In this document: one piece after another, positions 44,238 to 52,703 of the stretch | Layout: every line of letters starts with the position of its first letter | How positions within the stretch are numbered: the stretch's first letter is position 1 | NCBI GenBank assembly: GCA_958371715.1 | Contig: CATXLW010000008.1 | Coordinates: 16,678 to 80,677 of the forward strand | Direction: 5' to 3' | DNA length: 64,000 bases | DNA from: an uncultured Collinsella sp. | GTDB taxonomy: Bacteria; Actinomycetota; Coriobacteriia; Coriobacteriales; Coriobacteriaceae | Position numbers and translations under genes: made by a program | The notes under the pieces: model-generated | Told to the model about the DNA's origin: nothing | The model's input: the letters and a program-made list of their open reading frames with translations, nothing else | Database searches by the model: none

Positions 44238-45161
44238 CTATTCCGCCTTGCCAAATCGGTTCATGACCTCAAGCAACTCGCCCGTCGTGACGATTTTTGC
44301 CTGCGAGTTGCCGCTGAAAACTGCGTCGAGCTTGCTTCGTCCCACGTTGTCGCCTATTGCGAGGTACTTCGTGCTCTGCGCGGGCTTGCCATCGGTCGCT
44401 TTCATCCCGCATTCCTTAAGTGCGGCAAGGATCTCATCGCGATTGTAGCCCGGAGTAACGCCGGATACCTTCACCTTGAGTCCGACCGGATCGGTGATTT
44501 CGCCCGGATCGCCCCTGTGGCCCGCCTCCTCGGCTTTCGCCAAAACCTCTTCGATGGTTTCCTGCGACCCGTTCACCAGTCCCAAGCCCGTGAAAACACG
44601 CTTGCGGCCATGATGGGAGGAGGCATTCGGAGCCCAAACGGCGGGCTCGAGCGCACCGAACTCGCCGGCCAGCCCACGGAAAACCCCAAGGCACGCCTCG
44701 GCGTCGCTCATGGCATCGTGGTGGCTATCAAGATGCACGCCGTAATGCTCGCAGAGGTCGACAAGCGCTCCGGGCAGACCCTTCTGCTTCGCCACCAGCA
44801 TCGTATCGATTACTTCGATCTCGGGCATTTCGATGTCGTAGGCGGCCAGACTCTTCTTGATGTGGTGGATATCGGCGCCGTTGGCGTTATGCGCGACCAG
44901 GATGCAGTCTCGCAGCAAATCCGCCAGACCGGCATCCTCCCAGAAGCGGACAAAGGTCGGCATGTCGTCCAGCGAGTCCCAATCGATTTCCAGATGAGAC
45001 CTACTCCACCAACCAATCTCGCTCTCAGGATTGATCACCCGGCAAACCGGGTCGCCCAGGCAGTTTCCCTCAAGATCCGTGAGGATATAAGCGACCTGGC
45101 ATATCCTCTGCTGGGAATTCGCCGTCTCGCTGTCCCAGAAGATATATCCCTTTTTCGCCAT
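44238..45161 (-). CDS. DEDDh 3'-5' exonuclease (DnaQ-like) fused to a C-terminal BRCT-like domain
   Basis: ExoI FWDSETA, ExoII LVAHNANGADIHHI and ExoIII HDAMSDAEA. The C-terminal KVSGVTPGYNRDEILAALKECGMKATDGKPAQSTKYLAIGDNVGRSKL resembles BRCT. Confidence 0.7.
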   Translation of the reverse strand: MAKKGYIFWDSETANSQQRICQVAYILTDLEGNCLGDPVCRVINPESEIGWWSRSHLEIDWDSLDDMPTFVRFWEDAGLADLLRDCILVAHNANGADIHHIKKSLAAYDIEMPEIEVIDTMLVAKQKGLPGALVDLCEHYGVHLDSHHDAMSDAEACLGVFRGLAGEFGALEPAVWAPNASSHHGRKRVFTGLGLVNGSQETIEEVLAKAEEAGHRGDPGEITDPVGLKVKVSGVTPGYNRDEILAALKECGMKATDGKPAQSTKYLAIGDNVGRSKLDAVFSGNSQAKIVTTGELLEVMNRFGKAE

Positions 45162-45176
45162 ACGGCTTCCTTTCCC

Positions 45177-45359
45177 TTAAAACAAACTGTTATCCCATTC
45201 GGGTGCCTGGGTTATCGTCCCGACACGGGAAAAGAACAGCGCGTAGAAGGGGTCGTTCTTGAGATAGTAAACGCAGGCCGCCTCGTACTTGTCGCCCTTC
45301 TCCTTGGTCGTTGCCGACCCGTTGACGATAGGGTCAAGGGCATCGTAGACGGTCTTCAT
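45177..45359 (-). pseudogene. 5' remnant of a Mrr-N-domain/helicase-type restriction or defence gene
   Basis: The 60-aa ORF ...TKEKGDKYEAACVYYLKNDPFYALFFSRV matches the conserved first ~45 aa of large nuclease-helicase proteins (pattern ..REKG..FE.L...YL..DP.Y...F..VWLW.EWP). It then diverges and stops 16 nt before the exonuclease gene. Confidence 0.4.
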
Positions 45360-45700
45360 ATAGCGACTCCTTTGTTACAGCTCAGATGTCATCATTTTAG
45401 ATAATGAGCCCAGTGACCTGATTCTCATTTCAAGCCAATTCGGCCGAGAACAATCTCCGGTCCCCCAATTGCATCTTTCTAAATAAGGCCCCACCTCCCG
45501 GCGGGGCCTCACCCATGCCCACGACATAGTCCTGCCAGGGCTGGAGGGACTTCATCCTCCTTGTCCGGTAACCCTCGAATAAAGCGCAGAAAGTGTGGAG
45601 GAGTGCCGAACGGTCCTACTGAACTCATCGTCAATCGGCGCCAACCGGTGTGGAGCTGGTTCAGGCAGGTGCCCTGTTCAAAATAAGCTGTTTAAAATTG

Positions 45701-45722
45701 ATTTCGACCAAAATTCGACCAA
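45701..45722 (+). promoter_or_regulatory. Second copy of the candidate arm-type site
   Basis: ATTTCGACCAAAATTCGACCAA, identical to 30666-30687. Confidence 0.5.
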
Positions 45723-45780
45723 GACTGAAAGACAAAAAAGAAAACAGCCCAGAGGAACAATGCCTCTGAGCTGCTAAAAG

Positions 45781-45828
45781 TCTTGGTCGCGGGGGCAGGA
45801 TTTGAACCTACGACCTCCGGGTTATGAG
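45781..45828. repeat. att site within the intact tRNA-fMet
   Basis: 48-bp identity with 30512-30559. Confidence 0.9.
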
Positions 45829-45860
45829 CCCGGCGAGCTACCAGACTGCTCCACCCCGCA
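45784..45860 (-). tRNA. Initiator tRNA-Met (anticodon CAT)
   Basis: The reverse complement TGCGGGGTGGAGCAGTCTGGTAGCTCGCCGGGCTCATAACCCGGAGGTCGTAGGTTCAAATCCTGCCCCCGCGACCA folds as a cloverleaf. It has three G-C pairs closing the anticodon stem, a weak 1:72 pair and an encoded CCA. It is nearly identical to E. coli tRNA-fMet as I remember it. Confidence 0.9.
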
Positions 45861-46056
45861 ATGTCTGGGCGCCTCATGTGCGCAAGAAAGAATATTACGC
45901 GGGAGTTCGGTAAACGGCAAGGAAAATCTCGTAGAGCATAATTCCTTCATATTTAAACCCCTCAGCCCCTATCACCGTAAACGAATCGCGGCCGAGCGCC
46001 GTCGACGGCGCGTATACAATGGTGCGCGTCCTTTTATGCCAACACTGGGAGTAGAC

Positions 46057-46830
46057 ATGCTGCTCGCTATCGATATGGGAAACACGCAGACGGCCATGGG
46101 CCTGTTCGACGGAGACGAGCTGGTGCAGTCGTGGCGCATGCCCACCGACCGCTCCTATACCGCCGACGAGATCCACGTGCGCCTGATGGGTTTCTTTAAG
46201 ATGTACGGCCTCTCGCTCGATGCGGTTGACGCGATCGCCTTTGCGGGCGTGGTGCCGCAGCTCTCGCGCGAGTGGCACGCCGTGGCCGACCGCATTGCCG
46301 CAGACGCCATCGTCATCGGGCCGCAGACGGCCGCCGTGACCAAGCTGCGCGCGGCGCGTCCCCAAGCCGTAGGCGCCGATCGCGTCGCTAACGCCGTTGC
46401 GGCCGAAACTTTCTACGGCGCGCCGGCAATCGTGGTGGACTTTGGCACCGCGACCAATATCGACGTCATCGATGAGGACGGTTATTACATTGGCGGAGCG
46501 ATCGCGCCGGGCATCCGCATCTCCATGGACGCGCTTGCCGCCCGTGCCGCCAAGCTCGCCAGCGTGCCGCTCGAGGCGCCCGAGCATGCCATCGGCCGCG
46601 ATACCGAGGAGTGCATCAAGGTCGGCGCCGTGGTGGGCGCTGCTGCCATGGCCGAGGGCCTGGTCGAGCGCATGAAGCGCGAGCTGGGCCGCGAGGATGC
46701 CACCGTTATCGCCACGGGCGGTCTCGCCGGCATCGTCGCCGATTCGACCGATGCCTTCGACGTGGTCGACGGACAGCTCACCATCAAGGGCATCTGCGAA
46801 ATCTACCGCCGCATGCAGGAGCTGGGGTAA
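46057..46830 (+). CDS. coaX: Type III pantothenate kinase
   Basis: MLLAIDMGNTQT..., VGADRVANAVAA, VVDFGTATNIDV and GGAIAPG motifs. The ORF track start at 45802 would overlap the tRNA. Confidence 0.85.
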   Translation: MLLAIDMGNTQTAMGLFDGDELVQSWRMPTDRSYTADEIHVRLMGFFKMYGLSLDAVDAIAFAGVVPQLSREWHAVADRIAADAIVIGPQTAAVTKLRAARPQAVGADRVANAVAAETFYGAPAIVVDFGTATNIDVIDEDGYYIGGAIAPGIRISMDALAARAAKLASVPLEAPEHAIGRDTEECIKVGAVVGAAAMAEGLVERMKRELGREDATVIATGGLAGIVADSTDAFDVVDGQLTIKGICEIYRRMQELG

Positions 46831-46885
46831 GGCAGGGGCTTAAGTCGAGCACGGGCGCGAGCGGCGGACTAAGCAATGCATCGGT

Positions 46886-46928
46886 CCTATTCCTCAAAAA
46901 CGAAATTTTTTCAGTTTTGAGGAATAGG
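46886..46928. repeat. Hairpin repeat CCTATTCCTCAAAA-(15 nt)-TTTTGAGGAATAGG, copy 1
   Basis: Lies 8 nt beyond the stop of the low-GC ATPase gene. Copies 2 and 3 are at 48159-48200 and 48244-48296, all in the same orientation. Confidence 0.85.
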
Positions 46929-46935
46929 CTTTCTG

Positions 46936-48132
46936 CTACGCCTCGCCGCACAACCACCTCGCCAGGTCCACGATCTGCACTCCGTCGCGATCCGTGGCCT
47001 CGTGATGCGTGCGGGCGAGAATCATCTTGGGATACGCATCGCCAATGCTCAGCAGTGGCGAAATCTCGCGTTCAAATGTCTTATCCGAGCTGATGTCGTC
47101 GCTCACCTGAATGTAGAGTTTCTCGCTCCGCTTGATTGCTACAAAGTCTATTTCCTTTTTATAGAGCACGCCGACGTATACCTCGTATCCGCGACGCAGC
47201 AGCTCGATTGCCACCATGTTCTCGTATACGCGTCCCCAATCCATATCACGTGTACCAAGAAGCGCATATTTAAACGCATGGTCCGCCAGATAGTACTTCT
47301 CGCCGCTCTTAAGGTATTTTTTGCCGCGAATGTCGTACCGACGAACTTTATAGAAGGCAAACGCATCGCACAGGTACCCCATGTACGTGCCGACCGTCTT
47401 GTTCGTAATCTTTAGCCCATCCGCATTTAATGCATCAGTAATGTTGCGTGCCGACGTAATGTTGGAAACGTTGTCCATCATGTAATCGGCAATGCGCAGC
47501 AGCGCCGATTCGTTTCTCACGTTATGCCGCTGCACGATATCTCTCACAATGAGCGTCTTGAAGACGTTGGAGAGATATTGATAGCGCTGCTCCTGCAGTG
47601 GATAAGGGTAAGAGCCGGACATACCGCCGGTTCTCGCGTACTCATCGAAGTCGCGGTCGACCTCGCCCTCGTCGCCATAGAGACGATACTCCTCAAACGA
47701 GAATGGGAAAACCTCGATCTCGAACGTACGCCCCGTAAAGAGCGTCGACAGATCGCTCGACAGCAAAAAGGCATTCGATCCGGTAATGAATATGTCGTAC
47801 TGCTCGGATGCGTGAAGGCTATTGATCGCACGCTCAAAACCGTCGCACATCTGAACTTCATCGATAAGCAGAAAGTTTTGTTTGCCGGACGCTCGATGCT
47901 CTTTTACATAGGCGAGCAGCGCGTGATACTCGAGCAGGCCCTCGAACTCGTCGAGGTTGTAATTGATATGGATGACATTCGAATTGGACAGATTTGCCTC
48001 CACGTAATCGCGGAGGGCCTCGAGCAATTTTGACTTACCGCTACGGCGAATGCCCGTTATGACCTTGATGTCCGGCACGCCAATAAGACTCGTCAACGTG
48101 TCCATATATGACGTTCTATTGATGAGTTTCAT
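46936..48132 (-). CDS. AAA+ ATPase of the AAA_14/DUF4143 family (low-GC copy)
   Basis: P-loop GIRRSGKS and Walker B FLLIDEVQ. Much more AT-rich than the neighbouring genes. Confidence 0.75.
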   Translation of the reverse strand: MKLINRTSYMDTLTSLIGVPDIKVITGIRRSGKSKLLEALRDYVEANLSNSNVIHINYNLDEFEGLLEYHALLAYVKEHRASGKQNFLLIDEVQMCDGFERAINSLHASEQYDIFITGSNAFLLSSDLSTLFTGRTFEIEVFPFSFEEYRLYGDEGEVDRDFDEYARTGGMSGSYPYPLQEQRYQYLSNVFKTLIVRDIVQRHNVRNESALLRIADYMMDNVSNITSARNITDALNADGLKITNKTVGTYMGYLCDAFAFYKVRRYDIRGKKYLKSGEKYYLADHAFKYALLGTRDMDWGRVYENMVAIELLRRGYEVYVGVLYKKEIDFVAIKRSEKLYIQVSDDISSDKTFEREISPLLSIGDAYPKMILARTHHEATDRDGVQIVDLARWLCGEA

Positions 48133-48158
48133 CGGGGCCTCCTCGCGGTCTTTTATCG

Positions 48159-48200
48159 CTATTCCTCAAAATTGAAAAATTTTCAGTTTTGAGGAATAGG
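48159..48200. repeat. Hairpin repeat, copy 2
   Basis: CTATTCCTCAAAATTGAAAAATTTTCAGTTTTGAGGAATAGG, 27 nt upstream of the ATPase start. Confidence 0.85.
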
Positions 48201-48243
48201 CTCTATAGCGAATATACCTCGCGAAAGACCGAGCTGCCTTAAT

Positions 48244-48296
48244 CCTATTCCTCAAAAACGAAAATTTTTCAGTTTTGAGGAATAGGGCGCTGGCAA
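48244..48296. repeat. Hairpin repeat, copy 3
   Basis: CCTATTCCTCAAAAACGAAAATTTTTCAGTTTTGAGGAATAGG. Confidence 0.85.
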
Positions 48297-48384
48297 CCCA
48301 TTCCCCAGATAGGCGAAACCCTCCCCGGCACAGGCCGAGGAGGGTCTTGTTGTCATCGTTATCTTTGAGCGCTGGCGCCTCGCG

Positions 48385-49086
48385 TTACAGTCCGCGAATC
48401 CGTACGGCCTCGGGCGGAAACTCCTGCTCGCCGGCATCAGTCTTGATGGTCGCACGGCCCCAGATGTCCAGGCCCGCAAACACACCGACCGCAAGCGGCA
48501 AGCCGTTGGGCGACACCGCCGCAACTTGGCGGCCCAGCAGCGGCACCATGTCGAAGTACTCGCCCAGCACGGGAGCCAGCGGCCCTGCGGCGCCTTGCGG
48601 CGTGTTGGCAACAACCGCCCAGGCGTCCACGCGGCCCAGCACGGCGGCGGCCAGCGCCTCGACCAGCGCCTCGTCGGCCACATCCACACCAAGCTCGCTC
48701 AACGCCGAACGCTCAATATCAACCGTCACCGCGGCAAACATGCCCGCAGCACCGGCACCGCCGTTCACGGCAACACGCGCGAGCGACGTCTCAAACGCAG
48801 GCGCACCGCACACGATATCGCTCGGCCACTGGATACCCACCTTACCGGCAAGGCCCAACCCCGGCGTCGAAGCCGTGCCCACGAGCGCGTCCATCATGCC
48901 CATTGCGGCCACAAACGGCAGGCCGTGGAAGGCATGCATGTTCACATCGGGGCGCACAACCAGCGAAAACGTCAGCGAAGCATCGCCCGCGCTCCACGCG
49001 CACCAGCCCGCGGACACGCCCTCGCGGCCCGCGTCGCGCGCCGCGTCGAGCTCGGTGCCAGCGGCAACAGCATTCATCTCGATCAT
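48385..49086 (-). CDS. Biotin-protein ligase family protein (BirA-like, short, no HTH)
   Basis: GIQWPSDIV matches the KWPND motif. The region DAGREGVSAGWCAWSAGDASLTFSLVVRP is a degenerate GRGRxGRxW..G.L.fS box. It abuts the stop of the fol fusion gene. Confidence 0.5.
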   Translation of the reverse strand: MIEMNAVAAGTELDAARDAGREGVSAGWCAWSAGDASLTFSLVVRPDVNMHAFHGLPFVAAMGMMDALVGTASTPGLGLAGKVGIQWPSDIVCGAPAFETSLARVAVNGGAGAAGMFAAVTVDIERSALSELGVDVADEALVEALAAAVLGRVDAWAVVANTPQGAAGPLAPVLGEYFDMVPLLGRQVAAVSPNGLPLAVGVFAGLDIWGRATIKTDAGEQEFPPEAVRIRGL

Positions 49087-50829
49087 CTACATACGCCCCA
49101 ATTCGCCCACGATATGGCCCACGCGATCCTCGGGCTCCTTGACCTCGACGCCGTTGTAGCGGAAGAACCGCGCCGGGTCGTGCATCAGATCCTCGAGCGG
49201 CACCAGCACAAAGTCACGCTCGCCGATCAGCGGATGCGGCAGGCGCAGCTTTTTGCCGCCGTGGGTCTCGCCGTCCATCCACAGCAGGTCCAAGTCGATG
49301 GTGCGCGGACCGTTGGCCTTGGCCTTTTTGGAGCGGTCGCGCCCCAGCTCGGCCTCGATCTTCATGAGCTCGTCGAGCAGCACCAACGGCGCCAGCTCGG
49401 TCTTGATCTCGATGACGGCGTTGGCAAACGCGTCCTGGCGCGTCTCGTAGGCCGGCTCGCTCTCGTAGATCTTGGAGGAGTTGGACACGCAGGTGAGCGG
49501 AATCTCGGCGATCATGTCGCGCGCGGCGCGGATGTTGTCGCAACGATGTCCCAAGTTGGATCCCACGGCCACAAACGCGCGGCGCGGCTGCGGCTTGGCA
49601 ACCGCCCAGTAGCCGTTCAAGAACTGCGCAAAACCCGCGGCGTCGTGCACGCGCACGATGTTGACACCGGCCTGGATGGCGCCCAGGCACACGCCAAACG
49701 TAGCGGCATCGCGCTCGGCGGCCTCGGTCACGCCCGAAACGGCGCCCACAAAGCGCTTGCGCGACACGGCGCACATGAGCGGATAGCCCAGTGACGCCAT
49801 CTTGGCAGTCTCGCGCTGGATGACGATGTCCTCGTTAGCCGACTTACCAAAGCCCGGGCCAGGATCGATGCAGATGCGGTCGCGCGACACGCCGGCATGG
49901 ATGAGCGTGCGGGCTTGGTCAGACAGAAAGCCCATGACGCGGCGCATGATGGGCGCCGAATCGGGCAGGGTGAAGCGGCGGAGCTGCGAGGTGGGCACGT
50001 AGGCTTCCTCGCGGCGGGCGCTGCGGCGCATCATGGCGGCCAGGCGGTCATTGGACTCCGATGCGGCCTCGGTGGCTGCGGGCGTGGCCTCGGGCGCGGG
50101 CGCGACGGTCTCGGCGGCAGCAGCCTGCTCGGCGGCCGGCGTCTCCTGCTCGCTTGAAGGCTCGGACGTGGCCTCCGGTTCGCCAAACGGCAACGAGGGC
50201 TGCACCACGCCGCCCGGAAGCTTGGCCTCCGGCTTAGGCTCGCCCAGCAACTTGCCGCGACGGCGGCGAGCCGGCTTCTCGGCCTCACGCGCGGCCTCGG
50301 CAGCCGCCTCGCGCGCCTTCTCGGCAACAAACGCCGCTGCCGAGGTATCGAGCTGCACCGTTGCGTGCGTGCGGGTGGGCGCGGCGACCTCGCCGGCATG
50401 CATCACGATGACGCCGCAGGTGCTCGTCTTAACAAACTCGACCATCTTGGGATCGGTGAAGCCGGTCACGTCGTTGACGATCGAGGCGCCGCAGCGCACG
50501 GCCGCCTTGGCAACTGCCACATGACGCGTGTCGATCGAGACGATGGCGCCCTCCTTGGCCAGCGCGCGCACCACGGGCAGCACGCGGCGCGCTTCCTCAT
50601 CGGGATTGACCGGGGTAAAGCCGGGACGCGTGGACTCGCCGCCCACGTCGATGATGTCGGCGCCGGCGTCGAGCATCGCCAGGCCGTACTCGATGGCGGC
50701 ATCGGGATCGAAGTGCTCCCCGCCATCGCTAAACGAATCGGGCGTCACGTTGAGGACGCCCATGATGCGCGGACGGTCAAAGCTGAGCTCGTACTTTCCG
50801 CACCGCCATGTCTTGCTGTCGTTCGCCAT
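49087..50829 (-). CDS. folP: Bifunctional dihydropteroate synthase (N) / HPPK (C), with a ~130-aa low-complexity insert inside the FolP domain
   Basis: FolP motifs IMGVLNVTPDSFSDGG, DIIDVGGESTRPG and IDPGPGFGKS. The HPPK part has AFVAVGSNLG...RTIDLDLL...LRLPHP. The ORF track N-terminal 137 aa are Arg-rich and overlap the Sir2 gene, so I start at MANDSK (50829). Confidence 0.85.
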   Translation of the reverse strand: MANDSKTWRCGKYELSFDRPRIMGVLNVTPDSFSDGGEHFDPDAAIEYGLAMLDAGADIIDVGGESTRPGFTPVNPDEEARRVLPVVRALAKEGAIVSIDTRHVAVAKAAVRCGASIVNDVTGFTDPKMVEFVKTSTCGVIVMHAGEVAAPTRTHATVQLDTSAAAFVAEKAREAAAEAAREAEKPARRRRGKLLGEPKPEAKLPGGVVQPSLPFGEPEATSEPSSEQETPAAEQAAAAETVAPAPEATPAATEAASESNDRLAAMMRRSARREEAYVPTSQLRRFTLPDSAPIMRRVMGFLSDQARTLIHAGVSRDRICIDPGPGFGKSANEDIVIQRETAKMASLGYPLMCAVSRKRFVGAVSGVTEAAERDAATFGVCLGAIQAGVNIVRVHDAAGFAQFLNGYWAVAKPQPRRAFVAVGSNLGHRCDNIRAARDMIAEIPLTCVSNSSKIYESEPAYETRQDAFANAVIEIKTELAPLVLLDELMKIEAELGRDRSKKAKANGPRTIDLDLLWMDGETHGGKKLRLPHPLIGERDFVLVPLEDLMHDPARFFRYNGVEVKEPEDRVGHIVGELGRM

Positions 50830-50924
50830 GAACATCCTCCTAAAATGCCCACGCCGCCGAGCTTGGGGAGCTGGCGGCGGGGTCGCTTTGCACTCAGTCT
50901 TTCTATTGTATCCGCGCGCGCGGG

Positions 50925-51677
50925 CTAGAACGCAAACGCGGCCGCGATGTCGCAAGAAATCAGCAGGTCGGCATTTGCATCCTGATCGGTGGGCGCCAAA
51001 TTGCAAATGGCCAGCGTATCGCCAGTAAAGTAACGCGTGAGGCCCGCCGCCGGATACACTACGAGCGAGGTTCCGCCCACGACGAGGGCGTCGGCTGCGG
51101 CGATGGCAGCAACGGCACCGGTCAACACATGCTCGTCGAGCGGCTCTTCGTAGAGCACTACATCGGGCTTGATGCGGCCGCCGCACGCGGGGCACGCAGG
51201 CACGCCCGCGGCATCCTCGTGCTCGCGCGAGCAAATCCACTCGGCGCTATAGACTGTGCCGCACGACTGGCAAATGTTGCGATGGACCGATCCGTGCAGC
51301 TCGAACACGCGCTGTGAGCCGGCCATCTGATGCAGGCCGTCGATATTTTGCGTCACCACGGCATTTAGCTTGCCGGCGCGCTCCAGCTCGGCCAGCTTGG
51401 TGTGGCAGCGGTTGGGCTTGGCGCCAAGCGCGATCATCTTGGTGCGGTAGAAGTCAAAGAACTCGGCCGGATGTGCCTCGTAAAAGCTGTGCGAGAGCAT
51501 GGTCTCGGGCGGATAGGCAAACTGCTGATGATACAGGCCGTCCACGCTGCGGAAATCGGGAATGCCACTTGCCGTGGAAACACCCGCGCCGCCAAAGAAG
51601 ACCACGCGCTTGTGGGTGTCAAACAGATCCGCCAGCGCGGCGGAGGCCTGCCTGGGGTCCGATATTGCCTGCGTCAT
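50925..51677 (-). CDS. cobB: NAD-dependent protein deacylase (Sir2 family)
   Basis: GAGVSTASGIPDFRS, QNIDGLH and the zinc ribbon CQSCG...CPACGG. Confidence 0.9.
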   Translation of the reverse strand: MTQAISDPRQASAALADLFDTHKRVVFFGGAGVSTASGIPDFRSVDGLYHQQFAYPPETMLSHSFYEAHPAEFFDFYRTKMIALGAKPNRCHTKLAELERAGKLNAVVTQNIDGLHQMAGSQRVFELHGSVHRNICQSCGTVYSAEWICSREHEDAAGVPACPACGGRIKPDVVLYEEPLDEHVLTGAVAAIAAADALVVGGTSLVVYPAAGLTRYFTGDTLAICNLAPTDQDANADLLISCDIAAAFAF

Positions 51678-51812
51678 ATGAGTCCTCCGTCCTTGTTAGT
51701 CGGGCAGCGTTGGGCGACGTCCCAGCATGCGGCCTTTAAGTCAGCATGCGCGGAGCCCACCCCGCCCCTGTTGCGCTAATCTTAAGCCTGCCAACCCCGT
51801 CGAAAGGACACC

Positions 51813-52631
51813 ATGCCTCAGACTTACACTTTCGCCTCGTGGAACGTTAACGGCCTGCGCGCCGTGCTCAAAAAGGACCCGAGCTTTATCCAGATCGCGC
51901 AAGAACTCGACGTCGATATCTTGGCGCTGCAGGAGACAAAGCTGCAGGAGGGCCAGGTCGATATCGACCTGGCCGGCTATCACCAAACCTGGAGCTACGC
52001 CGAACGTAAAGGCTATTCGGGCACTGCGGTCTTTAGCCGCCAGGAACCGCTGCGCGTGCTGCACGCCGACGCGCTGCTACCCTACGCCGGCGAGGGCGAG
52101 GCGGCCGAGTTCGTCGCCCAAGCCGCAACCGAGGGCCGCGTCTGCGCGCTCGAGTTCGACAAGTTTTGGTTCGTGGACGTCTATACGCCCAACGCCCAAA
52201 ACGAGCTCGCGCGCATCGACGTGCGCATGGCCTGGGACGATGCCTACCGCGGCTTTTTGGCAGGCCTCGAGCGCGAGACCGGAAAACCCGTCGTGACCTG
52301 CGGCGACTTTAACGTGGCGCACGAGGAGATCGACCTTAAGAATCCCAAGTCCAACCGCGGCAACGCGGGCTTTTCGGACGAAGAGCGCGGCAAGTTTACC
52401 GAGCTGCTCAATGCCGGCTTTACCGATACCTGGCGCGCGGCAAACCCCGACGTCGAGGGCGTCTACAGCTGGTGGAGCTACCGCTTTAATGCCCGCAAGA
52501 ACAACGCCGGCTGGCGCATCGACTACTTCCTGGTAAGCGACGCAATCGCCGACAACGTACGCGACACCGGCATCCGCGGCGACATCTTCGGCAGCGACCA
52601 CTGCCCCGTCACCCTCGCGTTGGAACTCTAG
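51813..52631 (+). CDS. xthA: Exodeoxyribonuclease III
   Basis: FASWNVNGLRA, LQETK, GDFNVAH and SDHCPV motifs. Confidence 0.9.
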   Translation: MPQTYTFASWNVNGLRAVLKKDPSFIQIAQELDVDILALQETKLQEGQVDIDLAGYHQTWSYAERKGYSGTAVFSRQEPLRVLHADALLPYAGEGEAAEFVAQAATEGRVCALEFDKFWFVDVYTPNAQNELARIDVRMAWDDAYRGFLAGLERETGKPVVTCGDFNVAHEEIDLKNPKSNRGNAGFSDEERGKFTELLNAGFTDTWRAANPDVEGVYSWWSYRFNARKNNAGWRIDYFLVSDAIADNVRDTGIRGDIFGSDHCPVTLALEL

Positions 52632-52636
52632 CCTCC

Positions 52637-52688
52637 AGCTGATCCCCAGGGACGGAGGAAAACGAGCCACTTTCGCCTTGCGAGAGCG
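52637..52688. repeat. Type-C short repeat module (reverse orientation)
   Basis: AGCTGATCCCCAGGGACGGAGGAAAACGAGCCACTTTCGCCTTGCGAGAGCG is the reverse complement of the consensus seen at 4960-5025 and 5208-5265. Confidence 0.6.
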
Positions 52689-52703
52689 TTCGCGCAACCC
52701 ACC

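Larger units (their letters stand above)
30512..45828. mobile_element. Integrative mobilizable element (~15.3 kb) inserted in the 3' half of initiator tRNA-Met
   Basis: 48-bp perfect direct repeats (30512-30559 and 45781-45828) equal to the tRNA 3' end up to the anticodon loop. Inside are a tyrosine integrase, excisionase-like HTH, RHH, relaxase, VirD4-type coupling protein and DUF4313/DUF2958 leading-region genes. There are no T4SS channel genes and no phage structural genes. Confidence 0.85.

Noticed and set aside
30512-45828. Prophage
   Set aside because: No capsid, portal, terminase, tail or lysis genes are present. The relaxase and coupling protein point to a mobilizable element instead.
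45802-46056. N-terminal extension of the coaX ORF
   Set aside because: It would be translated through the tRNA-fMet gene. The CoaX consensus N-terminus (MLLAIDMGNT) starts at 46057.
46886-48296. Integron cassette with attC sites
   Set aside because: The hairpins lack the GTTRRRY/RYYYAAC core-site pattern, no intI gene or attI is nearby, and the gene orientation relative to the hairpins does not fit a cassette array.
50830-51240. N-terminal 137-aa extension of the FolP-FolK ORF
   Set aside because: The extension is Arg/Cys-rich and overlaps the 3' end of the Sir2 gene. The canonical FolP N-terminus begins at MANDSK.
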